Assembly (NCBI RefSeq): GCF_001194135.2
Contig: NC_068994.1
Location: 55,061,724-55,125,723, forward strand
DNA: 64,000 nt
Direction of reading: 5' to 3'
From: Octopus bimaculoides
Lineage: Eukaryota
Below the pieces are notes generated by a model. It did no database searches and had not been told where the DNA came from. It was given only the letters and a program-made list of their open reading frames with translations. The position numbers and the translations under genes are program-made. Positions within the stretch are counted from its first letter, which is position 1, and the number at the start of each line of letters is the position of its first letter. Below, piece by piece: positions 1-19,090 of this stretch.

Positions 1-2949
1 CCTATATAATTTATTTTACTCAACATAAGCTTATCTGAGACTACATTATCAAATGTATCCTCTCCTTTTATTAACCTGGATCAAATATATCTTCCCCCCT
101 ATGTTAACATGGTAAATGCGTCCAAGATATGAGGGACGTTTGGCTACTATTTCTACCAGGATATTTGACACTGTTTATTATAATATTATAATTTTTCTTT
201 GTGATTTTCTGAGTTTAAAATCTGTCGAGATTATTTTTGCTTCTCAAACCTTCCCTGATCAATATAAGGTATAATAAGTGCCAGTCAAGTGCGATAAAAT
301 ATATGGTCTTGTCTCTGCCTGTGTTTTTATAAGCAATTATTTTTTTGCTACTGTAGTAAAAGGTCAGTGACATGTTGGGGGGTGATTAAGTTTATTTGTT
401 AATTAACTTGATTAGCAAACAGTTACAAATGTCATCGCATACTTATTTTATCTTTGTTTTCTTACAGCAAAGAAATATATCATTTTCCATTTTATTAATA
501 ATAAAATCGGCGTAGATAAACAAACAAAAAACAAAGAAGGGGTTAATTAAAAACAATTTTTTTTTTCGTTACTATATATGGGCTTAACTACTAATTGGTT
601 CCTCGTCCCCAGCATTTCTTTCCTAAATTCTGTATATACATAATTGTAACCTACATTCTCAGAAACGTATCTGCAAAATTTCATTTAAAAATATGCTTAT
701 TTCAAAAAAGTTACGAGTTAATAACGACAGTGGGTCACTTAATAATTTGCATCTGTGTATATATATATTTCTTCAACTGTCTGATCTTTTATTTCTTGAT
801 TAAGTTAGTGTCTGAAGTTTAGATCTTTGTTATTATTATTATTATTATTATTGTTATGTACTACTGAAACGTTTTGAAACCTGTAGATGTGTTCAAGTGT
901 TTGTATTTGTCAATACGTTTCTTCTGCTGTTTCTCTGTGGTTGGTTCTTTGTCAGAATGTGAAATCTTTATTTATGGCTGACGACATCATTGTGCCAAAT
1001 AACAAGAACGTTGTATAATGTTGTTTTAGCATTACTGCTAGAGATAAATTTATGTAAATACGAATTAAACATTTACTGCTTTCTTTTTTCCCCCATTTGT
1101 TTCTTATTCCTTATCTTGGGCCGTGATCTTGGTTTATGTATTTATATTTTATCGTTCCTTCTATGATATATATACCTAATTATAATGGAATTCTCGATAA
1201 GAGTGGTAGGAACTATCTTTGTTTTATTAAGGATTTTTTCTTTCTATTAAATAATAATTTTGCCAATAATATGCACAAAGTAATATATTTAAGGGGTAGG
1301 GGTCAGTCGATTAAATCGGTTCCAGTACTTGACCGATGGGGAAAGAAATTCCCATTGTTTGAAACACAGTAATACCCCATAAGGTAGTGATGGCCCCCGG
1401 GAGAAGAAAAACTGATGTCAATTGTTACGAGGTTCGACCTCAAAATGTAATGAGATGCAACTAAATAAATATAGCAGGGCCTTTTATACCGACTAATTAA
1501 ACGCTGGACTAAAATTACTTCAGCTTTTTTTCACCCAGTCCGGGATCGATTAAAATATATACTTCAGCGAAATTATATATCTTTTATATCCTTCCGTGCA
1601 AATCTTTGGCCTTTATCAACATTAAAAGAATTATTATTGCTTCACCTAAGTTTATTGGTTTATAATTATATGTCACAAATGTTCACCATAAACCCGAGTA
1701 ACAAGTTAATTACGTCATTGAGATGTCATAACTATTTAAAATCCACAAACAGTTTCATTTTGTAGTTAGCATAATAGCACCAGTAAAAATATCAGTCTGT
1801 CTTAATTGAATAAGTGTTGGTGTCTGTGACCTTATCCTACCGTACTTCAGTGTCTGATGTGAAAAAAAAATAGTGGCATGTGATATGGATAGTATTATAT
1901 AAGTTTCTAATTTAGGCATAAGGCCAGCAATTTTGAGGACGAGTGGCTAGTTGATACTATCAATTTCATTACTTGACTGATATTTTGATATATCGACTCT
2001 CAGAAGGATGAATGGCAAAGTTGAACTCGGAACGTTAATAGACAGGAACAAATACCGTAAGGCATTTGTTTCCGACGATGTATTTCTGCCAACTCATCGC
2101 TATATGATATTACTTCATAATAAAACAAACGTGAATGTAATAAACCTTTTAAAAGGCTGAGGTTGTAAGAAAAAGCAAATGTTTTTCGCTGGTAAAAGGT
2201 CTGTCTCAAAGCGCCAGACTGGAACTTCTCTGACAACGAGGGCGACCGATTGACAGTCATTCGACCGTAGGATAGATTGCTTTGCGGCAATCGTGTCAAC
2301 TCTACGCTCCGAGTTCAAATCCCGCCGAGGTCAACTTTGTCGTTCATCCTTTCGAGGTAAATAAATAGGGTGCCAGTCCTGTACTGAGATCCAGCTTTCT
2401 CTTTCTCTCCCTTTTTGTTTCCGTCTGGCTGCGGTCGAACCAGGAAATGGATGGGCTCTGCCGGGTGTCAAAAGGCCTCAAGGCATGCTGTGTTTCAGCT
2501 CGGTGCCCCTACAACTCTACTAACGAGTTGAGATCCTATCGTAAGGCATTACCATACCTGATGGCTCCACCTTGCCAACGTTCCCTTAATCGCACCTGGG
2601 ATTTTGGCACATTATTGTAATCTTCGATACTTTCCAAAGACCAGAGGGTCATTGTTGGGATGTCTTTGATCATGAGCGTGCTGGTCTAACTTTGGTCTAG
2701 GATCAAATCACTATGTATTATAGAGTAGTGGTTGATCACAGTTGACCCCTTAACCATCACCACCCCCACCTTGGAATCTTTATCTTTTGAAGACGAGAAG
2801 GTGTATTCGAGGGAGTTTGGGTCTGGTATTTTTAGCGGGTTGATCTGCGGAGTGTGTTTAAGTGAAGAATGTTTTTTATCACCACCAGAGTACGGGCTGG
2901 TGTCTTTTTATTTATTTAAAATATTTCTCTCTTTTTCTTATCAAGTATG

Positions 2950-3350
2950 ATTTTTTATTTAACGTGTCTGAGACTTGTATGGACGGTCACCCAGCAAGTA
3001 GGCAAGCAGGCAATCTGTCCGAGATCTTGAACTGATGTTAAAAATAACAACAAAAAAAAAAGACTCATTATACACGAAGGGTTTCCGATAATAATAGCCG
3101 GTTGATGACATTAAGCAGAAGACTTGACATTGTCTTGGACGTATTCGGGAGCGTCAGATTTTGATAATGGCCATTTGGTAACATTATCTGTGGTTATGTG
3201 ACTTCCAGTATGTATAATTGTATTGCTAGTCTCTAATTTTCTGTAGTCTAGGTATGATGGCATAACTATACTTTGGTTTCTTCATGTCTCTCTGGAAATC
3301 GAAATAGCTGGTAATAGGAAGGGCCTTAGAAAACCTACCTCTACAAATTC
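2950..3350 (-). mobile_element. Possible highly decayed Penelope-like (GIY-YIG) remnant
   Basis: Mixed-frame translation gives fragments such as IGICRGRF, FRFPERHEETK and KIRD*QYNYTYWK, loosely resembling Penelope endonuclease ends. Many stops and frameshifts. Confidence 0.3.
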
Positions 3351-3354
3351 CGAT

Positions 3355-3628
3355 AATCAATCGTTTTTGGTCTTGGAGAATTAAAAGTATTTGCTCAGCA
3401 AGTTCCTTATAAATTTTTTATTTCTTTAATGTTTATTTATTTGCAACTGAACAGTGAAAAATACTGTCGCACACTCAGTAACTTATATATACATTCATAA
3501 ATTATGTGTGTGGGTTGGTGTGTGTGTCACTGTTCAACTGCAAAAAATACACATCAAAGAAATAAAAAAATTATACGGAACTTGCCGAACAAATAATTTT
3601 AGTTCTCCGAGACCAAAAACGATTGATT
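3355..3628. repeat. Foldback/MITE-like element with about 100-bp inverted arms
   Basis: aatcaatcgtttttggtcttggagaattaaaagtatttgctcagcaagttcc... at 3355 pairs with the reverse complement of about 3525-3628. An inner pair is ttgcaactgaacagtga / tcactgttcaactgcaa. Confidence 0.8.
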
Positions 3629-5116
3629 GCCTAGATTCCGTCTAACCCATGCAAGCATGGGAAAGCGGACGTTAACACAATGATGGCTCACTTTTTAATT
3701 ACTGTAAATTATCTTAATTCATAATCACCTACATTGTTGTTAGAAATTTGGCTTATATGTTATAATCTCTACTTAGAAAAAGAATTTCTTTTTTTCAATT
3801 TGGCGATAAGCATCTTCAGTTAATACTTATTTTAAATATAAACATATGTGCTGATGTGTCAGTTGTTTTGTGTGGCTTGTAGCTTTAATTATATAGGAAA
3901 TTAAATTTTAAAAATGCGATCAATACAGACTGTAAAATACACTATATTTAATTCACCATATATAAAGGTGAGGTGATCAAAACCGCTGCTAACATATGTT
4001 AATATCATTAGCACGGCATTTCGTTCGTCTTGATGTCCTGAGTTCAAATTCCGCCGAAGACGACTTTGCCATTCATCCTTTCGAGATCGATGAAATAAAT
4101 ATCAGTTGAGGACTGTGGTCGATGTGAACAACTTATCCCCATCACACGAAATTGCTGGCCTTGTGCCAAAATTTGAAATCAATATTTAAAACGGTATTTG
4201 TTAATTTGATATGCTAATCTCCGATATTGCCATAAAATTATTTTTTCATTCTGAATGCTATAAAATTAAAGTATGATGTATGTTTATAGATATATAGTTT
4301 TAGTTTGTTTTAACCTAGACACTTAAGGGAATACAGCCTTTTATTCAGGCATACTTATGAACATTTGTTAAGGGCATAACTACAGATATTCCTTAAGTAG
4401 TGTCTGCTTTCTAACCTCTCCACTTCAGTGTTAATAATAATAATAAAGAAAAAAATTTTAAAACCGGACTTGTTAATTCTTAAGTACATTTTTCCGGCAG
4501 CATATCAAGTTTCTTCCCTTCATACTACAATTCCAGCACATTTCCCACTTTCAAGTCTGAAGTATTTTCCTGTTCATTCAAGAAGCTTTATTTTATTTTG
4601 CTGTGATTTTGGCTCCGCATTGTGAACCAATAATACAGTTAACCTCATTCTACACTCTATGGTATGTGTGGGTTTGCAAGGTTTATTAATATTTAGGTGT
4701 TATACATTTAAAAAAAAATTTCTGTGCTATACTGCTTGTATTTCAAAGCATAAAATTTTCGGGGTTGTGTTGACGTGGTGGATGATGATGATGTTTATAT
4801 AATTTAAAAAATGACTAACTTGCAGGTGGAAGCTCTTCGATTCAAACTGTATAGAATCAGTTCACTGTTGCTGGGCAACCATTTCCTGCTACTTAGACTT
4901 GTCTGTTTGTTAATACTATGTCTACAACAGATGTTGCACACACACTTACGGTCGTTGTCGTTTAAGGTCCACATTCCATGCTGGCATGTGTTGGACTGTT
5001 TGACTGGGATGCCCTTCCTAACGCTAACCACTCTGAGAGTGTAGTGGGTGTTTTTACGTGCCGCCGGCACGGGAGCCAGTCAAGCGGCACTGGCATCGGC
5101 CACGCTCGAATGGTGC

Positions 5117-5118
<2 letters not shown>

Positions 5119-5181
<63 letters not shown>
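5119..5181. repeat. (TA)n microsatellite
   Basis: Direct reading. Confidence 0.95.
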
Positions 5182-5182
<1 letters not shown>

Positions 5183-7493
5183 GTCCCCAGGTTGATCAAA
5201 ACCTTGTGAATGGATTTGATTGACAGGAACTAAACGAAACCTGCCATATATGTGTACGTTTGTTTCTTTGTCTCGGCGTCACATGATAGTTGGAAGTGAG
5301 TGTCACTATCGTACGAATGGTGCTGCTCGTTTACAGTTTTAGACGATGTGCTCTTTCAGTTTCCGTTTACCAAACCCACTCACAAGTCTTAGTCAGCCTG
5401 GTACTGTAGTAGAACACTTGGCAAAAGTACCAAGTAGTGGGACTGAACTGGAAACCTTGTGGATAGGAAGCAACCTCCTCAATCTCACAGCTGCATCTGT
5501 ACACATTTATTTATCCTCCAAATCCGTTTTCCATGCTAGCATGGATTGGACAGTTTGACTGAGGTCTGGAAAGCCAGCAGCTGCACCAGGCTCCAATCTG
5601 ATTTGGCAAGGTTTCTACAGCTGGATGCCCATCCTAATGCCAACCACTCCGAGAGTGGAGTGGGTGCTTTTTATGAGCCACCAGCATGGGAGCCAGTCAG
5701 GCGGCACTGGTGTCGGCTTTTTAAGTACCACCAGCATGGGTACCAGTGAGGTGGCACTGGCATCGGCCACGCTTGAATGGTGCTGTTTACGTGCCACCGG
5801 CTCGGATGCTAATCAGGCAGCACTGGCATTGGCCACAACTATGATTTCACTTGGTTTAGCAGGTCTTCACAAGCATGGCATATTGCCCAATGTTTAAAGG
5901 GTGCTTTTAAATGGGCCATTTATGCGACACTGGCATCAGCCATGGCCACAATCTTACTTGGCTTGCCGGGTCTTCTCAAGCACAGCATATCTCCAAAGAT
6001 CTCTGTCTCTTTGTCATTGCCTCTATGAGGCCCTACGTTCAAAGGTCGTGCTTCACTACCTCGTCCCATGTCTTCCTGGGTTTACCTCTTCTACAGGTTC
6101 CCCCCACTGTTTGGGTGTGACACTTCTTCACACAGCTGTCCTCATCCATATGCAACACATGACCATACCAGTGCAACCATCTCTCTTGCACACCACGTCT
6201 ATTGTTGTTTCCATACACTTATTAGTCAGTATCGAATCTGAACAGGCACATACAATTAGGGCTCAAGGTTGACTAGAAGCCTACAACCAACAAAAAGCAA
6301 CAACCTCATAGCTGTATAATTATGATTGACTACTACAGGCTGTTTATCAATTGAGCATGTACAAACTTAAAAGGATAACACAATTGACCTGCAAAACAAC
6401 TGTTATCAGTTTAAATCCTGACATTTATGTCTTTAAACATGATGTTACATAAGTATTTATTTCCATCCTCCTTCTGATCTGTACTTTTATTGTAACATCG
6501 TGTTTAACTCTTTAACATTTAAACCGGTCACATCCAGCCCAGATATTCTACCAGTTTTATATTCAAACTGATCAGATTCAGATCCAGCTTCTCACACTTA
6601 TCCTACAATGCCATTTAGAAATAAACAATCACATCATAAAAATCTCGCAGCTGTGAGATATCTTTTATCTTCTGTTACTTGCCCCAGCCAAATGACTGGG
6701 ACCATGCTGGGGCACTGTCCTGAAGGGTTTTTAGTTGAACAAATCAACTCCAGGACTCAATTTCTTTAAGCCTATTACTTATTCTCTCGGACTCTTTTGC
6801 TGAACTGCTAAGTTATGGGGGACTTAATTGCTTTGCTTTAATGGTTAATCCTTGTTGTCGTTTTAATCTACATTGTTAATCCATTAGAAATTATCCCTGT
6901 CTATTTAAACGCTCTATCTTCTCTCACTACTCCTCACTTATATCAGATTTTATACAAAATAAACACTTTACCCAATCCTTCCTAATTACAACTTTTTGGG
7001 GCTTCTTTGGTTCCCATCAACCTTCCATGTTCTAGCAAAGCATCGGTCTCTTTCTGTTTGTGTGGAATTGTAAGTAGATAAAACGGGCTCCTTTTATAAA
7101 CCTGATAATTCTTTTTATTAACCCGATTTACATCAAGAAATGAAATTCCCTCTTCATTGATCACACACTCTTAATCCACTGCAGGTGTTTTAATGTTGAA
7201 CCTATTCCTTTAGTGGTATGACTGAGGAGTGGTGGCAGTGATGTCACTGCTGGTAGTCAGAAATTTTATCTTTTGTTAGCATATTTCTGTTGACAAACAC
7301 TGCCTTCAATTCTTAAAATAATGATGAATTTAATGTCTTTATCAAACTGGTGTTTGAGACATAAATGAAAATGAAATTTTGATAGGAAGTTCTAATTTAG
7401 ATCATTTAAAACCGCAAGTTTAGATCACAGATCCAGGGCCATCTCAGGTAGGATGGTATCAAGAGTTTATACCTTGAATGTTGTTTTTTCTTT

Positions 7494-7527
<34 letters not shown>

Positions 7528-8525
7528 NNNNNNNNNNNNNNNNNNNNNNNNNNNNNNNNNNNNNNNNNNNNNNNNNNNNNNNNNNNNNNNNNNNNNNNNN
7601 NNNNNNNNNNNNNNNNNNNNNNNNNNNNNNNNNNNNNNNNNNNNNNNNNNNNNNNNNNNNNNNNNNNNNNNNNNNNNNNNNNNNNNNNNNNNNNNNNNNN
7701 NNNNNNNNNNNNNNNNNNNNNNNNNNNNNNNNNNNNNNNNNNNNTTTTTTTTTTTTTTTTTTTTTTACCTTTTCCAATGTGCCAGGGACTGGTAATATTT
7801 CTTAGTAATATTAATTTATTCCGGAAACAATATATATAATGAATATAATGAAAGTTGTCAATTTTTTTTGTCTTCTATTTATTTTGTAAACAAATGATAC
7901 AGTATTACATAAGCTGATAAGTTGTTTACTGCAGTGCATAAGGCAAAATTACTGAAATTCTGCTACCGTTTTTCTTTCTTTTCTGGATATTTGCCACGTA
8001 CTGGCAGCTGATGGGTCACAGACCACCACTCTGAGTAGCACTGCTCTACATGTCTTTTAATCTTTATAAAAAATTTTCATTCAGAATTAAAGTATTATGA
8101 AAGTCACTCAGCAACAAAAAAGCCAATGTGTCATTCCATTCATCATAGTCACATGATCAGATAAGCAATTGTAAAAAAAGAAAAAGTTTTAGAAGGCAAT
8201 GTTTGAACAAATGTATAAAGACTGTTGTCCTTCAACAATATTTGCTTGTGTGCTGTTGAGTAAATATATTCTATATTTTTTACTAGTATTCTATTATGTT
8301 AGAATAACATTCTATTATTATTTCAGTCATGAGACTAATGCTATGTTGGGATACGACTCTCAAAGGTTTTTTTAAGGTCAATTATATTGTTTCCAGAAAT
8401 AATTTCAATCCGTTTATCTTATCAATTGCCTACAAGCTGAGTTTTTGTTTTGTTTGTTTGTTTAATTGCCACGGTGATATATTTGCTGTATTTTTAAAAT
8501 ATTTTTTGAATTTCTTTCTTTCAGA

Positions 8526-15469
<6,944 letters not shown>

Positions 15470-15515
15470 AAGAGACGACTGTTTTTAAGTACACACTCAC
15501 ATTCACACATGCATG

Positions 15516-15628
<113 letters not shown>

Positions 15629-17642
15629 CAGGATTGGTAGAGTATCAGAAAAAAATACCTTGTGGTACTTCTGGTTATCACTCTTTTACACCTGAGTTTT
15701 CACACACACATACAGAGTAAAGCATTGGACAAAATGATGCCCTTGCATTTCGTCATCATTCTTTTACCATTCTGGGTTCCTAACTTGTGTAGAAAAGAAA
15801 TGGATTTGTAGATATGCACCTATACAAACACACTATTGGTGGAATATCAGAAAAAACCCCTATTTTGGTTTTTTTATTGTGACCTTGTTATAGCGTGTGT
15901 GTGCGTATATGGGTGCCTATATTCAAATCCTTTCTCGGATCAACTTTTCCTTTCTTTCATCGTTCCTTCCATGGGACCAGTATCATTTGTACCTGTATAC
16001 AATTTGCACCTGCGTGAAAATACTGGAGTTGATGTAATCGACTGCACTTTGTTAAGATGTCACCCCCCCAGCATGGCTACAAGACCATCGAGTGAAACCA
16101 GGAAAATAACTTAGGAAATCACATAAGTATACAGAATACCCTCATCACAGAATCAGATAGTAGGGATGTAAAAAAAAACAACAAAAAACAAACAAGTAAA
16201 CAATAGTGCAACAACAATAAAAACCAAGCACAAACACTCACTACTTAAAAGCCATGATTTTTTTTTGTAGTTTTTGCATTTGAAACTGAGCTGTGTGAGA
16301 TTTAGATAATGACAAAACATTTTCTTTTTAAACCCAAACAATTATTCCAGTGTATAGAATTTCCTGATAAATATGAATCTTATAGTTTGTTGGAATGTGA
16401 TTTCTATTTTTATATTTAACTTTCGTTCTTTTTGAACTTGTCCATTTTACTTTTTTTAATAAAAATAAAACTTAAAAAGATATTCAAGATGTTTTCTTTT
16501 TTCTTTTTCTCAATTTCTTTTTCCATTCTCACCCTCACTATCTTCTGTGAGTCTCTTGTACAACAATCAGGTGTCACTAACTGTGGCACATGACATACGC
16601 AGTCTCTCTCCTGTACATGCTTACATCTTCTGTCCACCCGCACTCCCATTTCTTCTTCCCCCATTCACTTCTCACCCAGATGTAACATCACTATTTTTAT
16701 TCCTTCCCAACTCTACCCTGATCACATGCCCCCCACACACACACTCTTCTAAAGTGTAAATTGCCATGTGACCCCTTTATAGCAGGAAGCCTATTCTGAT
16801 CCGGCCCCTTTTCTCTTTCTTTAATCCCTCATCTCCTGTCTCTCTCAAGCCTTGTAAGTGATATGGCAACCCCACTAGTGTTGGTGGCATGCAGAAAGCA
16901 CCTAGTAGACGCTGTAAAGTGTAAAATGGTTAGCATTAGGAAGGGCATTCAGCTGTAGAAACCATGTTGTAGTAGACAGTGGAGCACAATGCAGTCTTTT
17001 GGGTCATTGTGCCGATGCCAGCAGGAAACAAGACTTTTAACCATATGGTTAGAAAGCTAACCTTTAGTCCATACAGTTATGCCTACATCTATCAAATCCA
17101 TACTTTTACTAAGACTGAAGAAGTTTTGAGATTATTTCTAACAGTTCCAGTGTCATTTATTATAAATATATACTTTACCCGATCGTGACAAAAGTAATTT
17201 GAAGGTCAACATTTTCCCGTAGTTAAGCTTAGTCAAGACAATTCAGTCGGCACACATTCTGTATCCTTGTTGATTGCTACAATCTCAGATAACTTCTGCA
17301 CAGTAATTACCACAAAACATTTTTTCAGCTCAATTTACTTTATTGGCTGTATGACAAAGTTTCCAGAGTAAAGAGCCAGCTTCCATAGTAAGGTTCTCAC
17401 AAGCCAATCAAATATCTCCAACAAAATATCTGTTCTTGTATCTTAACATCAACCATTTCACACAGAACCTTCACAACATTCATCCTGCTAGTCTGTTGAT
17501 TCCTAGCATTTTCCCCACAAGAATCTCACCTGCTTTCGAAAACACCAACTCTGATTTATGTTCTACTAGAAATGCAAAGTTAATACAAAACCAATCGGTT
17601 CATTTACTTTATTGATATCTCACTTGAAACAAGTCTCCACAA

Positions 17643-18369
17643 TTAAAGTGTTGCAATTTTGGGGGTTATGATAAGATTTTTACGGGAAGCTGAACCAGCA
17701 TAGCTGGGCAATCCCATTTTTTTCAGTTCTTCAGTTGCCAAAAAGCAAGGCTGCAAAATAAGCTCATTTTTGGAATTAGCTTCATCTAAAGTATAAGCAT
17801 ATTCATGTCCCTTAGGAATTCTACCAGGGGCTGGTATCTTGGGGATATGACAGGCTCTAGTCTCTATGATTTCTACTAACTCATCATGTTTCAATACTTT
17901 GGATGGTTTTTCAGTAGTCTTCTTGGGGCTAGATTTCGCTTCGAATTTTGAAGCAAGTCTTTTCTTTTGTGCCTCATCTTGTTCTTCAAAGCGTATAAAT
18001 TTTTTTGGCGGAATCACTTCTTTTTCAAATTCTTCTGGGAAATTTCTGCTTTTTACCTTTTCTGTACTTACTATTACTGCATCAGGCGCATAATTGAAGA
18101 GGTTGTTTGCACACTCTGCAGCTTTGCTGTTGTAGCTAAATATGTTGTTGTCCGTTGCACTAAAAGGATCAGGGTAATTATCTGGTTGGATAGGGGCGTA
18201 ATCTTCGTTACCAGGATGCTCCTTCAACCAGTCTCTTAGACAGGCTGCTTCATGTCCACGTGAACCAATGAGAGAGCAGTTACAGCCACAGATATAACAT
18301 ATTATATTGTTTCTTTTGTATTCCTCACTGAACTCCGTAGAAGTTCTTTCATCTCCATTTGAATTATCC
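17643..18369 (-). CDS. ZNF474-like single C2HC zinc-finger protein, paralog A (coding exon; start not identified)
   Basis: Acceptor tttctttgtag at 18370-18371. The frame is open for 241 aa from DNSNGD to TAA. It contains CYICGCNCSLIGSRGHEAACLRDW (C-x2-C-x11-H-x3-C-x3-W) followed by PDPF..YN..AA. AATAAA lies at 17608-17613 on the minus strand. Clear similarity to the exon at 24668-25383. The ORF track starts it too late, at 18227. Confidence 0.8.
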
Positions 18370-19047
18370 CTACAAAGAAACAGAAATTAACACACATTAA
18401 ACAAAAAAAAAAAAAAAAAGAAAGAATTCATCTTTACCAATAAAGCAAACATTGGTGTTTGATGCAGTCCTTGGAATTATCAGATCCTGTCAAACTGTCT
18501 AACCGATGCCAGCAGGGAACAAAGACAGTAAATGACGATGACCAGTGCTAGGTTATGTTATCAATAAACTGACAGTATGATGAATCAACAAGGAATCTAT
18601 GTGGTCAGTTAACTTGCTAGAAAGAACAGCTAAATCTCCTTCATACCAACATTATTGCAATGCTTCTCAAAATTTTTTGGGGCTATTGTGACCCCCACTT
18701 CCTTTCTCTTAAGAACACTTTTTTGATACTTTCTTGCTTTGACCCAGCAAAATTCAAAACCTATGTACATATCTATATAGAAGCTCGCATAAGTGAGGAC
18801 CTTGCCTAATGCTACAGGTGAAGTGGCTGCCTTTATTACATATATGGATATACCATAAATTTTGACAATGTCGTTTAAATTCTACTTTTGTCTCCAGTAC
18901 CCTTATAAAGTTGTCCTCTTTGTAACTAGTATCCAAAAATTTCAGTCCCTCAGGAGGTGGTGGGAGACAGTACCACTCAATTTGAGATGCACTGCTCTAC
19001 TGACTTAAGAAATAAGACATGGATACTACTGTCATATATACACTGTT

Positions 19048-19090
<43 letters not shown>

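Noticed and set aside
6982-7164. Short ORF with ISFLDV resembling a retroelement RT motif
   Set aside because: A single weak motif with no other RT features nearby.
17530-17565. 36-nt minus-strand exon-like segment (tctag...cag/gtgaga) just past paralog A's polyA signal
   Set aside because: No partner exons or homology were found, and the surrounding frames are full of stops; it may be chance.
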